Origin: Eledone cirrhosa
Lineage: Eukaryota
DNA: 64,000 nt
Reading direction: 5' to 3'
Assembly (NCBI GenBank): GCA_964016885.1
Contig: OZ024742.1
Span: forward strand, 5,766,001-5,830,000
In this document: positions 27,101-43,385 of the stretch, in pieces
Position numbering within the stretch: position 1 is the stretch's first letter
Layout: every line of letters starts with the position of its first letter
Position numbers and translations under genes: made by a program
Notes under the pieces: model-generated
What the model was told of the DNA's origin: nothing
Seen by the model: only the letters and a program-made list of their open reading frames with translations
The model's database searches: none

Positions 27101-30100
27101 TGTGCTGGGCAGCTAACTTCCACTACTGTGCTGGGCAGCTAACTTCCACTACTGTGTTGGACAGCTAACTTCCACTACTGTGCTGGGCAGCTAACTTCAA
27201 CTACTGTGCTGGAGAGCTAACTTCCACTACTGTGTTGGACAGCTAACTTCCACTACTGTGTTGGACAGCTAACTTCCACTACTGTGCTGGGCAGCTAACT
27301 TCCACTACTGTGTTGGACAGCTAACTTCCACTACTGTGTTGGACAGCTAACTTCCACTACTGTGCTGGGCAGCTAACTTCCACTACTGTGCTGGGCAGAT
27401 AACTTCCACTACTGTGTTGGACAGCTAACTTCCACTACTGTGTTGGACAGCTAACTTCCACTACTGTGTTGGACAGCTAACTTCCACTACTGTGTTGGAC
27501 AGCTAACTTACATTACTGTGGTGGACAGCTAACTTCCACTACTGTGCTGGAAGCTAACTTCCACTACTGTGTTGGACAGGTAACTTCCACTACTGTGTTG
27601 GACAGCTAACTTCCACTACTGTGGTGGACAGCTAACTTCCACTACTGTGTTGGACAGCTAACTTCCACTACTGTGCTGGACAGCTAACTTCCACTACTGT
27701 GCTGGACAGCTAACTTCCACTACTGTGCTGGACAGCTAACTTCCACTACTGTGTTGGACAGCTAACTTCCACTACTGTGCTGGACAGCTAACTTCCACTA
27801 CTGTGTTGGACAGCTAACTTCCACTACTGTGTTGGACAGCTAATTTCCACTACTGTGCTGGGCATCTAACTTCCACTACTGTGCTGGAGAGCTAACTTCC
27901 ACTACTGTGCTGGACAGCTAACTTCCACTACTGTGATGGACAGCTAACTTCCACTGCTGTGCTGGACACCTAACTTCCACTACTGTGTTGGAGAGCTAAC
28001 TTCCACTACTGTGCTGGACAGCTAACTTCCACTACTGTGCTGGACAGCTAACTTCCACTACTGTGTTGGATAGCTAACTTCCACTACTGTGTTAGACAGC
28101 TAACTTCCACTACTGTGCTGGACAGCTAACTTCCACTGCTGTGTTGGACAGCTAACTTCCACTACTGTGTTAGGCAGCTAACTTCCACTACTGTGTTGGA
28201 CAGCTAACTTCCACTGCTGTGTTGGACAGCTAACTTCCACTACTGTGTTAGACAGCTAACTTCCACTGCTGTGTTGGACAGCTAACTTCCACTACTGTGT
28301 TAGACAGCTAACTTCCACTACTGTGTTGGACAGCTAACTTCCACTACTGTGCTGGACAGCTAACTTCCACTACTGTGTTGGACAGCTAACTTCCACTACT
28401 GTGTTGGACAGCTAACTTACATTACTGTGGTGGACAGCTAACTTCCACTACTGTGTTGGACAGCTAACTTCCACTACTGTGCTGGGCAGCTAACTTCAAC
28501 TGCTGTGTTGGACAGCTAACTTCCACTATTGTGTTGGACAGCTAACTTCCACTACTGTGCTGGACAGCTAACTTCCACTACTGTGCTGGACAGCTAACTT
28601 CCACTACTGTGCTGGGCAGCTAACTTCCACTACTGTGCTGGGCAGCTAACTTCCACTACTGTGTTGGACAGCTAACTTCCACTACTGTGCTGGGCAGCTA
28701 ACTTCAACTACTGTGCTGGAGAGCTAACTTCCACTACTGTGTTGGACAGCTAACTTCCACTACTGTGCTGGGCAGCTAACTTCCACTAATGTGCTGGGCA
28801 GCTAACTTCCACTACTGTGTTGGACAGCTAACTTCCACTACTGTGCTGGACAGCTAACTTCCACTACTGTGTTGGACAGCTAACTTCCACTACTGTGTTG
28901 GACAGCTAATTTCCACTACTGTGCTGGGCATCTAACTTCCACTACTGTGCTGGAGAGCTAACTTCCACTACTGTGCTGGACAGCCAACTTCCACTCCTGT
29001 GCTGGACAGCTAACTTCCACTGCTGTGCTGGACACCTAACTTCCACTACTGTGTTGGACAGCTAACTTCCACTATTGTGTTGGACAGCTAACTTCCACTA
29101 CTGTGCTGGGCAGCTAACTTCCACTACTGTGCTGGACAGCTAACTTCCACTACTGTGCTGGGCAGCTAACTTCCACTACTGTGCTGGGCAGCTAACTTCC
29201 ACTACTGTGTTGGACAGCTAACTTCCACTACTGTACTGGGCAGCTAACTTCAACTACTGTGCTGGAGAGCTAACTTCCACTACTGTGTTGGACAGCTAAC
29301 TTCCACTACTGTGTTGGACAGCTAACTTCCACTACTGTGCTGGGCAGCTAACTTCCACTACTGTGCTGGACAGCTAACTTCCACTACTGTGCTGGGCAGC
29401 TAACTTCCACTACTGTGCTGGGCAGCTAACTTCCACTACTGTGTTGGACAGCTAACTTCCACTACTGTGTTGGACAGCTAACTTCCACTACTGTGCTGGG
29501 CAGCTAACTTCCACTACTGTGTTGGACAGCTAACTTCCACTACTGCGTTGGACAGCTAACTTCCACTACTGTGCTGGGCAGCTAACTTCCACTACTGTGC
29601 TGGGCAGCTAACTTCCACTACTGTGTTGGACAGCTAACTTCCACTACTGTGTTGGACAGCTAACTTCCACTACTGTGTTGGACAGCTAACTTCCACTACT
29701 GTGTTGGACAGCTAACTTACATTACTGTGGTGGACAGCTAACTTCCACTACTGTGCTGGAAGCTAACTTCCACTACTGTGTTGGACAGGTAACTTCCACT
29801 ACTGTGTTGGACAGATAACTTCCACTACTGTGGTGGACAGCTAACTTCCACTACTGTGTTGGACAGCTAACTTCCACTACTGTGCTGGACAGCTAACTTC
29901 CACTACTGTGCTGGACAGCTAACTTCCACTACTGTGCTGGACAGCTAACTTCCACTACTGTGTTGGACAGCTAACTTCCACTACTGTGCTGGACAGCTAA
30001 CTTCCACTACTGTGTTGGACAGCTAACTTCCACTACTGTGTTGGACAGCTAATTTCCACTACTGTGCTGGGCATCTAACTTCCACTACTGTGCTGGAGAG

Positions 30101-32427
30101 CTAACTTCCACTACTGTGCTGGACAGCTAACTTCCACTACTGTGCTGGACAGCTAACTTCCACTGCTGTGCTGGACACCTAACTTCCACTACTGTGTTGG
30201 AGAGCTAACTTCCACTACTGTGCTGGACAGCTAACTTCCACTACTGTGCTGGACAGCTAACTTCCACTACTGTGCTGGACAGCTAACTTCCACTACTGTG
30301 CTGGACAGCTAACTTCCACTACTGTGTTGGAGAGCTAACTTCCACTGTTGTGCTGGACAGCTAACTTCCACTACTGTGCTGGGCAGCTAACTTCCACTGC
30401 TGTGCTGGACAGCTAACTTCCACTACTGTGCTGGACAGCTAACTTCCACTACTGTGCTGGACTCCTAACTTCCACTACTGTGTTGGAGAGCTAACTTCCA
30501 CTACTGTGTTGGAGAGCTAACTTCCACTACTGTGTTGGAGAGCTAACTTCCACTACTGTGTTGGAGAGCTAACTTCCACTACTGTGTTGGACAGCTAACT
30601 TCCACTACTGTGTTGGACAGCTAACTTCCACTACTGTGTTGGACAGCTAACTTCCACTACTGTGTTGGAGAGCTAACTTCCACTACTGTGCTGGACTCCT
30701 AACTTCCACTACTGTGTTGGAGAGCTAACTTCCACTGCTGTGTTGGACAGCTAACTTCCACTACTGTGTTGGACAGCTAACTTCCACTACTGTGTTGGAG
30801 AGCTAACTTCCACTACTGTGTTGGACAGCTAACTTCCACTACTGTGTTGGAGAGCTAACTTCCACTACTGTGCTGGACTCCTAACTTCCACTACTGTGTT
30901 GGAGAGCTAACTTCCACTGCTGTGTTGGACAGCTAACTTCCACTACTGTGTTGGACAGCTAACTTCCACTACTGTGTTGGAGAGCTAACTTCCACTACTG
31001 TGTTGGACAGCTAACTTCCACTACTGTGTTGGAGAGCTAACTTCCACTACTGTGCTGGACTCCTAACTTCCACTACTGTGTTGGAGAGCTAACTTCCACT
31101 ACTGTGCTGGACTCCTAACTTCCACTACTGTGTTGGACAGCTAACTTCCACTACTGTGCTGGACAGCTAACTTCCACTACTGTGCTGGACTCCTAACTTC
31201 CACTACTGTGTCGGAGAGCTAACTTCCACTACTGTGCTGGACAACTAACTTCCACTACTGTGCTGGACTCCTAACTTCCACTACTGTGTTGGAGAGCTAA
31301 CTTCCACTACTGTGCTGGACAGCTAACTTCCACTACTGTGCTGGACTCCTAACTTCCACTACTGTGTTGGAGAGCTAACTTCCACTACTGTGCTGGACAG
31401 CTAACTTCCACTACTGTGCTGGACTCCTAACTTCCACTACTGTGTTGGAGAGCTAACTTCCACTACTGTGCTGGACAGCTAACTTCCACTACTGTGCTGG
31501 ACTCCTAACTTCCACTACTGTGTTGGAGAACTAACTTCCACTACTGTGTTGGAGAACTAACTTCCACTACTGTGTTGGAGAACTAACTTCCACTACTGTG
31601 CTGGGCAGCTAACTTCCACTACTGTGCTGGAGAACTAACTTCCACTACTGTGCTGGACAGCTAACTTCCACTACTGTGCTGGACAGCTAACTTCCACTAC
31701 TGTGCTGGACTCCTAACTTCCACTACTGTGTTGGAGAACTAACTTCCACTACTGTGTTGGAGAACTAACTTCCACTACTGTGCTGGACAGCTAACTTCCA
31801 CTACTGTGCTGGACAGCTAACTTCCACTACTGTGCTGGACAGCTAACTTCCACTACTGTGCTGGACTCCTAACTTCCACTACTGTGTTGGAGAACTAACT
31901 TCCACTACTGTGTTGGAGAACTAACTTCCACTACTGTGCTGGACAGCTAACTTCCACTACTGTGCTGGACAGCTAACTTCCACTACTGTGCTGGACAGCT
32001 AACTTCCACTACTGTGCTGGACAGCTAACTTCCACTGCTGTGTTGGACAGCTAACTTCCACTACTGTGCTGGACAGCTAACTTCCACTACTGTGTTAGAC
32101 AGCTAACTTCCACTACTGTGCTGGACAGCTAACTTCCACTACTGTGCTGGACAGCTAACTTCCACTACTGTGCTGGACAGCTAACTTCCACTACTGTGCT
32201 GGACAGCTAACTTCCACTACTGTGCTGGACTCCTAACTTCCACTACTGTGTTGGAGAACTAACTTCCACTACTGTGCTGGACAGCTAACTTCCACTACTG
32301 TGCTGGACAGCTAACTTCCACTACTGTGCTGGACTCCTAACTTCCACTACTGTGCTGGAGAACTAACTTCCACTACTGTGCTGGACAGCTAACTTCCACT
32401 ACTGTGCTGGACAGCTAACTTCCACTA
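15144..32427. repeat. 26-bp tandem satellite (TGCTGGACAGCTAACTTCCACTACTG)n, ~660 units, 17.3 kb
   Basis: Direct reading; C/T and other single-base variants; multi-kb internal duplications. Confidence 0.98.
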
Positions 32428-32469
32428 TGAGGATCTTTGAGTGGAGCATTCTACATCTACTCTTTATAT

Positions 32470-32990
32470 TAGGGTAGAGTTGGATGGTAGGGTGGTAGGT
32501 TGTGTAGGTAGGGTGGTAGGGTAGGGTGGTAGAGTAGTATGGTAAGGTAGGGTGGGATGGTAGTGTTGGAGTTTAGAGTGGGAGAGTAGGGTGGGAGAGT
32601 ATGGTGGTAGGCTAGGGTGGTAGGGTAGGGTGGGAGGTTAACTTGGGAGGGTAGGGTGGGATGGTAGGGTGGTAGGGTGGCATGGTAGGGTGGTAGGGTG
32701 GCATGGTAGGGTAGGGTGGGAGGTTAGATTGGTAGAGTAGGGTGGTAAGTTAGGGTGGGTTGGTAGGGTAGTGTGGGAGGGTAGGGTAGGGTAGTACGGG
32801 AGGGTAGGGTGGTGGAGCAGGGTCGTATGGTAGGGTGGTAGGATGGTAGAGTAGTGTGGGAGGTTAGGGTGGTAGTGTAGGGTGGTAGGGTAGGGTGGTA
32901 GGGTGGTAGGGTAGGGTGGTAGGGTGATAAAGTAAAGTGGGAGGGTAGGATAGGAGGGTGCAAGGGGAGGTTGGAAGTGTAGGTTAAAGG
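32470..32990 (+). repeat. G-rich low-complexity tract (GGTAG/GGGT motifs)
   Basis: Dense GGG runs, e.g. ggtagggtggtagggtagggt, with occasional TTAGGG. Confidence 0.85.
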
Positions 32991-34049
32991 TTCAATTCCA
33001 AATAGTTCATTTTCTTTCCAGCCTCGCTAAATTGACGGTAGAGGCGCTGTTACTGCAGACCTTCCTCTCCCCCTCCCCTTCACTTCCTATGTAATATTGT
33101 GATCACTCGGATAGCTTAACTATTATATTCTGTGTGATTGACAGTTAATGCCAGGTAACACCACCTTACCCAACCCTCGTCCTCTCCCTCACCTCTCCCC
33201 TACCAAACAACACTAACTGCCTCACACTACTCCCAGAGGCAGCCACTTTCACATTCCGACGACACCCAATGAAAGATTTATAACCACGTTTCTCTCGTTT
33301 TCTGTTTTCATTCATTTTATCATTCCTTCATTCCTTCTCTCCTTCCTTACACCCCCACCCCCCGCATTTCCTTCATTCCTTCCTTGTTTGTTTGTTTGTT
33401 TTATTATTTGTTGTTGTTGTTGGTTCGTTTGTTATTTGGCAGATAATGGGTTTGATGAGATGACCGGGTAGAGTAGGGTGGGGATGGGGTGGGGGGTTTT
33501 GATCTTTGAAGATGTTAAATCACTCCCTTGTTGGCTTAGTCTTTCCCTTTCTTAGCCTTTCTTCTTCTTTTTATTCTTTTTATTCTTCCTCTCCTTCCTC
33601 TGCCCCTCCCACCCTCCACTATTCTTTGGTTTAATATTCTCTTAAGCAAGGTAACTTAGCAAAGCAACGAAAACCGAATTTCTCTCCTCTTCTTTTCATG
33701 CCAAAGTAGAATGGAAGACGTTCGTTGATTTGAGTCGTTCGCTCCATAATATTAGGTCTTCGTTCCTAAGAGGCCTGGCTACCATCAATCAGTTTGTCAA
33801 GACTCAATTACTCTGACACAAGCCCAGAATAAGAAATGCACGAGGAAAAAATAAAAAATATTGTCTTCTTTTTTATCTAACTTTTTCTGTTCGATTTTAG
33901 TTTCCCAATTGAGAAAAGAGGGAAACATCTCGTCATCCGCCTTTAAAGCACAAATAACAAATAGAAGCCATTATCGGGATCTCGTGCATTTTCTGTGCAT
34001 CTTCTGCACAAAAGGAGCGGTTAAAAATGTGCTTTTATAATATGTATGT

Positions 34050-34302
34050 GTGAAGATGCATAGAGGGTAGGTTGTTGGGTTCCTAATCATGAAATCGTGA
34101 GTTCAATTCCTAGTCACACGTTGTATCATTGAGCAAGAACTTTGTTTCATGTTGCTCCTATCCACGCAACTGGAAAAATTGTGTTGTACCTGTAATTCAA
34201 ATGGGTCAGCATTGTCACTCACTGTGTCACACTGAATCTCTCTGAGAACTACGTTAAGGCTACACGTGTCTGTGAAGTGCTCAGTTACTTAGCAGAGTCG
34301 TT
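34050..34302 (+). mobile_element. tRNA-derived SINE (cephalopod-type)
   Basis: B-box gagttcaattcc; ttgagcaag core; 3' part ctgagaactacgttaagg...cacgtgtctgtg..gtgctcag. Confidence 0.7.
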
Positions 34303-34494
34303 ATAACACCGGATTAAACTTGATTCCTTATTTGTTTCAGTTTACTGCATTCTCAGTTCATCATTTCATGGCAACGCCACCTTTAAAAATACCCAAGAGG
34401 CACCGTGTGACTGGACGACACCTCGTATATATACATATATGCACACAGACGCAGATAGACTCACATACACACACATATATATATATATAGTTAA

Positions 34495-34577
34495 ATAATT
34501 GTTTCTACGTTTGGCACAAGGCCAGTAATTATCCTAGTGTATTACTGGTACTTTATTTTATCGACCCCGTAAGGATA
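34495..34577 (-). mobile_element. 3' SINE fragment
   Basis: Reverse complement of the ggggtcgataaaataaagtaccagt...gctggccttgtg...tagaaacaattatt tail. Confidence 0.75.
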
Positions 34578-34657
34578 GTAAAATAATGATTAATAACATG
34601 ATCGGCTGTACGAAAAGGGTTTATTTACAGTATATTGTAAATAAACACTATATGAAT

Positions 34658-34955
34658 GGCGGTGGATTGGCAGTATCGGTAGAGGGTCTGACGCCATGCT
34701 TTGACGCAAAGAGTTACGGCCCTTTATGTTCTGAGTTCAAATCCCGCTGAGGTTTATCCTTACGGGGTCGATAAAATAAAGTACCAGTACTGCACTGGGA
34801 TAATTGCTGGCCTTGTGTTAAAAGTAGAAACAATTGTTTTACTATTTTACGGGATCGATAAAATAAAGTACCAGTCACGCACTGGGGTTGATTTAATCGA
34901 CATTCCCCTCCCCCAAAATTGCTGGCCTTGTGCTTATATAAAAAACCATTATTTT
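34658..34955 (+). mobile_element. tRNA-derived SINE with duplicated 3' part
   Basis: ggcggtggattggcag head, B-box gagttcaaatccc, two copies of gtcgataaaataaagtaccagt...ttgctggccttgtg. Confidence 0.75.
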
Positions 34956-35117
34956 ACAATTATTACTCCAAGAACCATCTGCCTGGGAACTCTCTTAAAC
35001 TGGCCACCTGACTAAGGAAACTTCTTGTTGAGTCAAACAACGTCGTACGTTAAAACTACCCTCAACACAGAGTACTCACAATCTCTAGCTGGATTACCTT
35101 AAACAATACCTTGTTAT

Positions 35118-35240
<123 letters not shown>

Positions 35241-35363
35241 TTGTGTGTTTGTAAGTGCGTGTGTGTGAGGCTCTCTGACTTGATGGTTAGGATACTCTCC
35301 CGATATACGAGAGTGCGTTTTCGACATCCCTGCTTCCTTTTCCCATCTCCAGTGTTACAGTCC

Positions 35364-35421
<58 letters not shown>

Positions 35422-35424
<3 letters not shown>

Positions 35425-36614
35425 GGAAGAGGCGGGCTCCTTTGGTGAGAAGATCCATCTGCTGCCAACACCCTTCTAACGGAGGGCTGGGGATGCCGTG
35501 GTTGACGATGCGCAAACACGCGCTCAGGCTGCGGCATCTCTACGTATTCCTCACCGGACAACCGGTGTGGGCCCCGTTCGTGAGGCGAGCCTTCCCACGA
35601 CTCGTCTCGCTGACCGAGCTGCAGTCCTGGGTCAAGCAGAGACCGAGGAAAATGGGCGACTGGCACATCGAATGTGCTCAGGCGCTCACAGCCCTCTGGC
35701 AGGCGGACCCGGCGATCAGTGGAGACTCCACTTCGTCATTCTATAGAGGGTTGGTCCGCAGCAAGTGCGACGACGCGCTCGGTGAAACTCTAGGCGTGGA
35801 GGAAGATGAACTGGCCAGTCTGTTCGGTAGGACCTTCCGCCCGGGACCGATGGACAACTTCCAAAAGTCCCTGGCCTGGCAGTGCTACCGAGGAGCTCTA
35901 CCAGTTCGAGACAAGCTCTACAGACATGGGCGCCCGGGCAGGGACCCTGCAAAAAAGATCTGTCCGAGGTGCGTGCGAGACGAAGAAACCGTCGCGCACG
36001 CATTCATACACTGCCCGGGCGTCACTGACCTGTGGGGCTATGTGGAACGACTATTGTCGCGGGTGGGACCAATCCAGTTGACCACCGAGTCCATTGTCAT
36101 GATCAAACCGCCACCCTCCTTCAAAAACGAAGGAGAGGCGGTTTTCCTTTGTGTGATAGCTATGGCGAAAGAGGTTGTATGGTGGACAAGGTTGAAAGGG
36201 CTGAGGTCAGACACCTTTCTCTCCGGCCAACAACTGATTCTTTTTTTCAAATACCACTTTGGAAGAAGAATCAGGATGGAGAGAGAGGTGCTGTACCCCA
36301 GCAAGTTTTATGAAAGGTGGGTGAAAGTGGCGAGAATGGCCCGAGTGAATGGGCCTTCTCTCTATATCAGCCTGTAGGTTGAGGAAAAGGAGGAGGAGAG
36401 GAAAGGAGTACAAGCTCTTCGTACTCCTGGAGATGAGGGTTGCACATTTTTTTCGGGGGTCTGTGTTACCCATATAAACTGTCTCCCTCTATTGGGGAAA
36501 ATCGACTAACTTTTAAATTCCATCTGTGATAACATTTTACACGTTTTTATTGTATGTAAACTTCCCCCTTTGTATTTGTCCCCTTCTTTTGTGCCCCTGT
36601 GGCTAATAAAGAAA
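35422..36614 (+). mobile_element. 5'-truncated Tx1-like LINE (ORF2 C-terminus with zf-RVT + 3' UTR), flanked by (TCTA)n
   Basis: Open frame to the stop at 36377: WKRRAPLVRRSICCQHPSNGGLGMP, CPRC...ETVAHAFIHC; 3' end aataaagaaa; (TCTA)n at 35364-35421 and 36615-36637. Confidence 0.92.
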
Positions 36615-36637
36615 TATATCTATCTATCTATCTATCT

Positions 36638-36951
36638 GTGGCGAGAATGGCCCGTGTGAATGGGCCTTCACTCTACATCAGACTATAGGTGAGGAAGATG
36701 AAAGACCAAGGGAGCACCCCTTCTCTGTGCTCCTGAGGAGAAGGGTTGCACACTTTTTTCGGGGGTGTGTGCGACCCCCCAAGGCGCCTCCTCTCTATTG
36801 AGGATTTTGTTATAAATTTTATTTTTTGTTATATCTTATTTTATTTTTATATTTTGTTATTGCCTCCTCCTTATTGAGGACGCCTTTTTGTGTAAACTCC
36901 CCCCTTTGTACTTGTCCCACTTTTGATGCCCTAGTGGCAAATAAAAGAAAC
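36638..36951 (+). mobile_element. Very short 5'-truncated Tx1-like 3' end, related subfamily
   Basis: VARMARVNGPSLYIRL* then a UTR similar to 36378-36614; followed by (TCTA)n 36952-37117. Confidence 0.88.
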
Positions 36952-36952
36952 A

Positions 36953-37003
<51 letters not shown>

Positions 37004-37010
37004 ATATCTT

Positions 37011-37079
<69 letters not shown>

Positions 37080-37117
37080 ATCTATCTATCTATATATCTA
37101 TCTATCTCTCTATCTAT

Positions 37118-40340
<3,223 letters not shown>

Positions 40341-40849
40341 ACATACATAACCATGCAATTTTTCGGTTATAAATAAAAGGTAAATGACCCTTATTTCCCT
40401 CGCTAGAAGGGCTTACAATATCACATGACGTCAGACATTCAACCAATCAGCTGTAAGCTTTACCTCAATTCCCAATTCCAGCCTGAAACTCATTTCTTTT
40501 TGTTTTATTTCATTCCAAATCAATACGTACCTGAAAATGTTCTTGTTTTATGTTTTATAATTCAAACACTAAAAACACAAACATGTGACAAGATTTTACT
40601 ATTTTTGTTTAAAACCAGAATTATTTCCTCCAACTTTTTATTTACACTTAATGAAAAGAAATGAAAAGAAATCCTGTATAGCTATCTTTAGGGGCGGCGA
40701 TTCGTTAAAATGTCGGATAGAATATATCACAGAGTTTCGTTGGGGTTTTCAGCGTCCTGCGTTCAGATCCTGTCGAGGTCAACTTTTTGTTTCGAGGTCG
40801 ACAAAAAAAATAGATACCAGTCCAGTAATTGGGTTGATTGGATTCCGTC

Positions 40850-41106
40850 TTCACGCTCAGAGTTGCTGAAGCATGGAACAAACTCCCTGCATCAGTTGTT
40901 AGCTGTCGAGACACTGCATCCTTTAAAACCTCCATGCTTCCCGAGATTCGCCAACCTAATATCCCCCTCCATACACATACACACTTGTATATCATGACTC
41001 ATACACTATTCACTTTCCTCACATTTGTATATTATTCCATGTACTATACATGCACCTTTGATGAATTGTAGTGCACCTAAGCACTGTACACAATAATTTC
41101 ATTATT
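40850..41106 (+). mobile_element. CR1/L2-group LINE 3' end
   Basis: FTLRVAEAWNKLPASVVSCRDTASFK is the typical CR1 ORF2 C-terminal motif; 3' hairpin agtgc-accta-agcact followed by an (ATT) tail. Confidence 0.8.
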
Positions 41107-41298
41107 TTTTTAATGGGCTTTCTCGACGATGGCCCTCGGAAGTCTCCTCCTATTGGGGAATTTTTCATTGTTCTTTTTTGTTACATCCTCTGTTTTTGTT
41201 TTTTTACACGCAGAAATGCCGATTTGTACCGTCCTCTATTGTCCTGTACTGTCCTTTATGTCTACTTTGTGTAAACCCTTGTGGTTAGTAAAGAAAGC
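41107..41298 (+). mobile_element. Tx1-like 3' UTR-only insertion
   Basis: Close copy of 48564-48751 (ttttaatgggctttctc...ccttgtggttaNtaaagaaagc) followed by (ATT)n. Confidence 0.88.
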
Positions 41299-41313
41299 AT
41301 TATTATTATTATT

Positions 41314-42690
41314 GTTCTTTGAGTCTCAGTCATTGATGTTAGTTAACTGGAAAGTTTGTTGAAATGAATATCAAGCCACTACCTGCAGCCTCAGATATTC
41401 AGGACGTACCGGAGGGTTCTTGCTGTTCCCAGCAAGCATGCCTTTTGAAGTGTTCTAAAAAGCGGGGCGGGGCCAATTTTCTTTAACCATCCCTGGAAAC
41501 TTTTTGAGATAGTACCTAGTGCGCCTACGACAATCGGGACCACTTTGAGTTCATGGCAGTTCCAAATCCTTTTTACCTCCCACTTTAAGTCCTGGTATCG
41601 GTTAATTTTCTCCCTCTCCTTCTCTTGCACTCTCGTGTCGAATGGGCAGGCCACATCCACAATCAGGCACAATCTTTTTTCCTTGTCCAAAACCACCAGG
41701 TCAGGTCTATTGTGTTCCAGTTTCTTGTCCGTCTGTATCCTAAAATCGCATAGCACCTTCACCTGATAGTTTTCTATCACCGACTCATACCACTTCTCAG
41801 AATGTGGTAAATTGTTTACTTTGCATAGGTGCCAGTGGATCACCCTGCCCATCACATCATGTCTCCAGCCTTTATAGTGAGTCTGGGCTAGGTGTTTACA
41901 CTCGGATACAATGTGAGCCACAGTCTCCTCTCTCCACAGATCCTTCACAGTGGGCTAGCCTCCTCCTTGTAAATATGGTGTTTCAGCCACTTCGTTTTGA
42001 GGGCCTGCTCTTACTGTTCAGATGTGACTTTAATACGCTCCTTACTCTCCGAATGTATTCAGATCTTATCAATCCCTTCATTTTTTTGTTCTTGATGTCA
42101 TCAGCCTCCAGAACACCCAAATACTTGTATCCTTCTTCAGTGTCAATTTCCTTTATCATCTCACCTGTTGGTACCTGGATTCCGTTGCTTCTGCTCAATT
42201 TACCCCTCTTTTTTTCACAAGGACTCCACACTTACTAATACCGAATTGCATACATATATCATTGCTGAAAATACGGACAGTGTCAACAAGCACATCCAAC
42301 TCCTTCTCACTCTTCCCGAAGAGTTTAAGATCGTCCATGAAGAGGAGGTGATTGATGGTAAGCTCTCCCTTTCCCAACTTGTATCCTGCTCTCACTTTTC
42401 GCAGTATAATGGTCAGGGGCATCAGGGCAAGGACAAACAACAGAAGAGACAGACTATCTCCCTGGAAGATACCTCTCTTGATCTTCACGCCTCCCAAGGA
42501 TTCTCCAGCTGATGTCAACTCTGTTTTCCAGGACTTCATACTTTTGCCCAACAACTGTCTGATGTTATCTGCCACCTTGAAGATCTCTAGGCTTTTGGTG
42601 ATCCAAGAATGAGGCACCATGTCAAATGCCTTTTTGTAGTCTATCCATCCAATGGCAAGACCAGTGTGTCTCCTCTAGCAATTCCTCATT
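41314..42690 (-). mobile_element. R4/Dong-like non-LTR retrotransposon fragment (RT + RLE), 5'-truncated and internally deleted
   Basis: RT motifs WIDYKKAFDMVPH, RGIFQGDSLS, HLLFMDDLKL, YKYLG; RLE motifs ETVAHIVSEC, RHD, NRPDLVV, IVDVACP, EKINRY; (TTA)n on both sides. Confidence 0.92.
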
Positions 42691-42707
42691 ACTATTCCTC
42701 ATTACTT

Positions 42708-42750
<43 letters not shown>

Positions 42751-43346
42751 GAATACCATGGTTGACGGAGGCTCGGCTCTGTAAGGTATAGTAAATTTTA
42801 ACCGCTATAACAATTGTAAATTGTTTAAAACTTTAACCAAACTGTAGACAAAAACACCCTCCTCCTCGTGAGAGGGGTCTTTCTGCCCGTTATCTGGCCC
42901 TTCGGGGTTAAATAACAGCTTATTGGAGTTTTGTGCGCAATATTTATTTTAAACCAAAAAAACATGGCTACAAAAAAGAATTTTCACAAGTCACTCCCAC
43001 TCATTCCATCTTCTTCTTCCTCAATCGTCACTACACCAGAGAGGAGATTGTCTCTCTCCCTCCCTTCTCTTTCGCAAGCGACGCCAGTAAAGAAAAAGAA
43101 AAATTTCGTTTCTGATAGTTTCCAAGAGCACGTGCAAAACTTGGAACATTTCTCCACGACGACGACAACGACGAAAAATGTGTGCGGTAAACACGGAAAG
43201 CCATTTCATTCGTCTGACGTCATTAATAATAGCAGTAGCAGCCGTAATAACAGCAGCAGCAGCAACAGTGACAAGGAAAACAACAGTAGCAGCCGCGACA
43301 GCATCAGCAGCAGCATATATAACAACAGCATTAGCACCAACAGCAA

Positions 43347-43385
<39 letters not shown>

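Noticed and set aside
33000-34040. Host exon or promoter in the non-repetitive-looking stretch
   Set aside because: No ORF, splice pattern or motif that I can support from the sequence alone
35241-35421. N-terminal extension of the 378-aa ORF as a real fusion protein
   Set aside because: It is read-through of flank and (TCTA)n (SIYL repeats) into a 5'-truncated LINE
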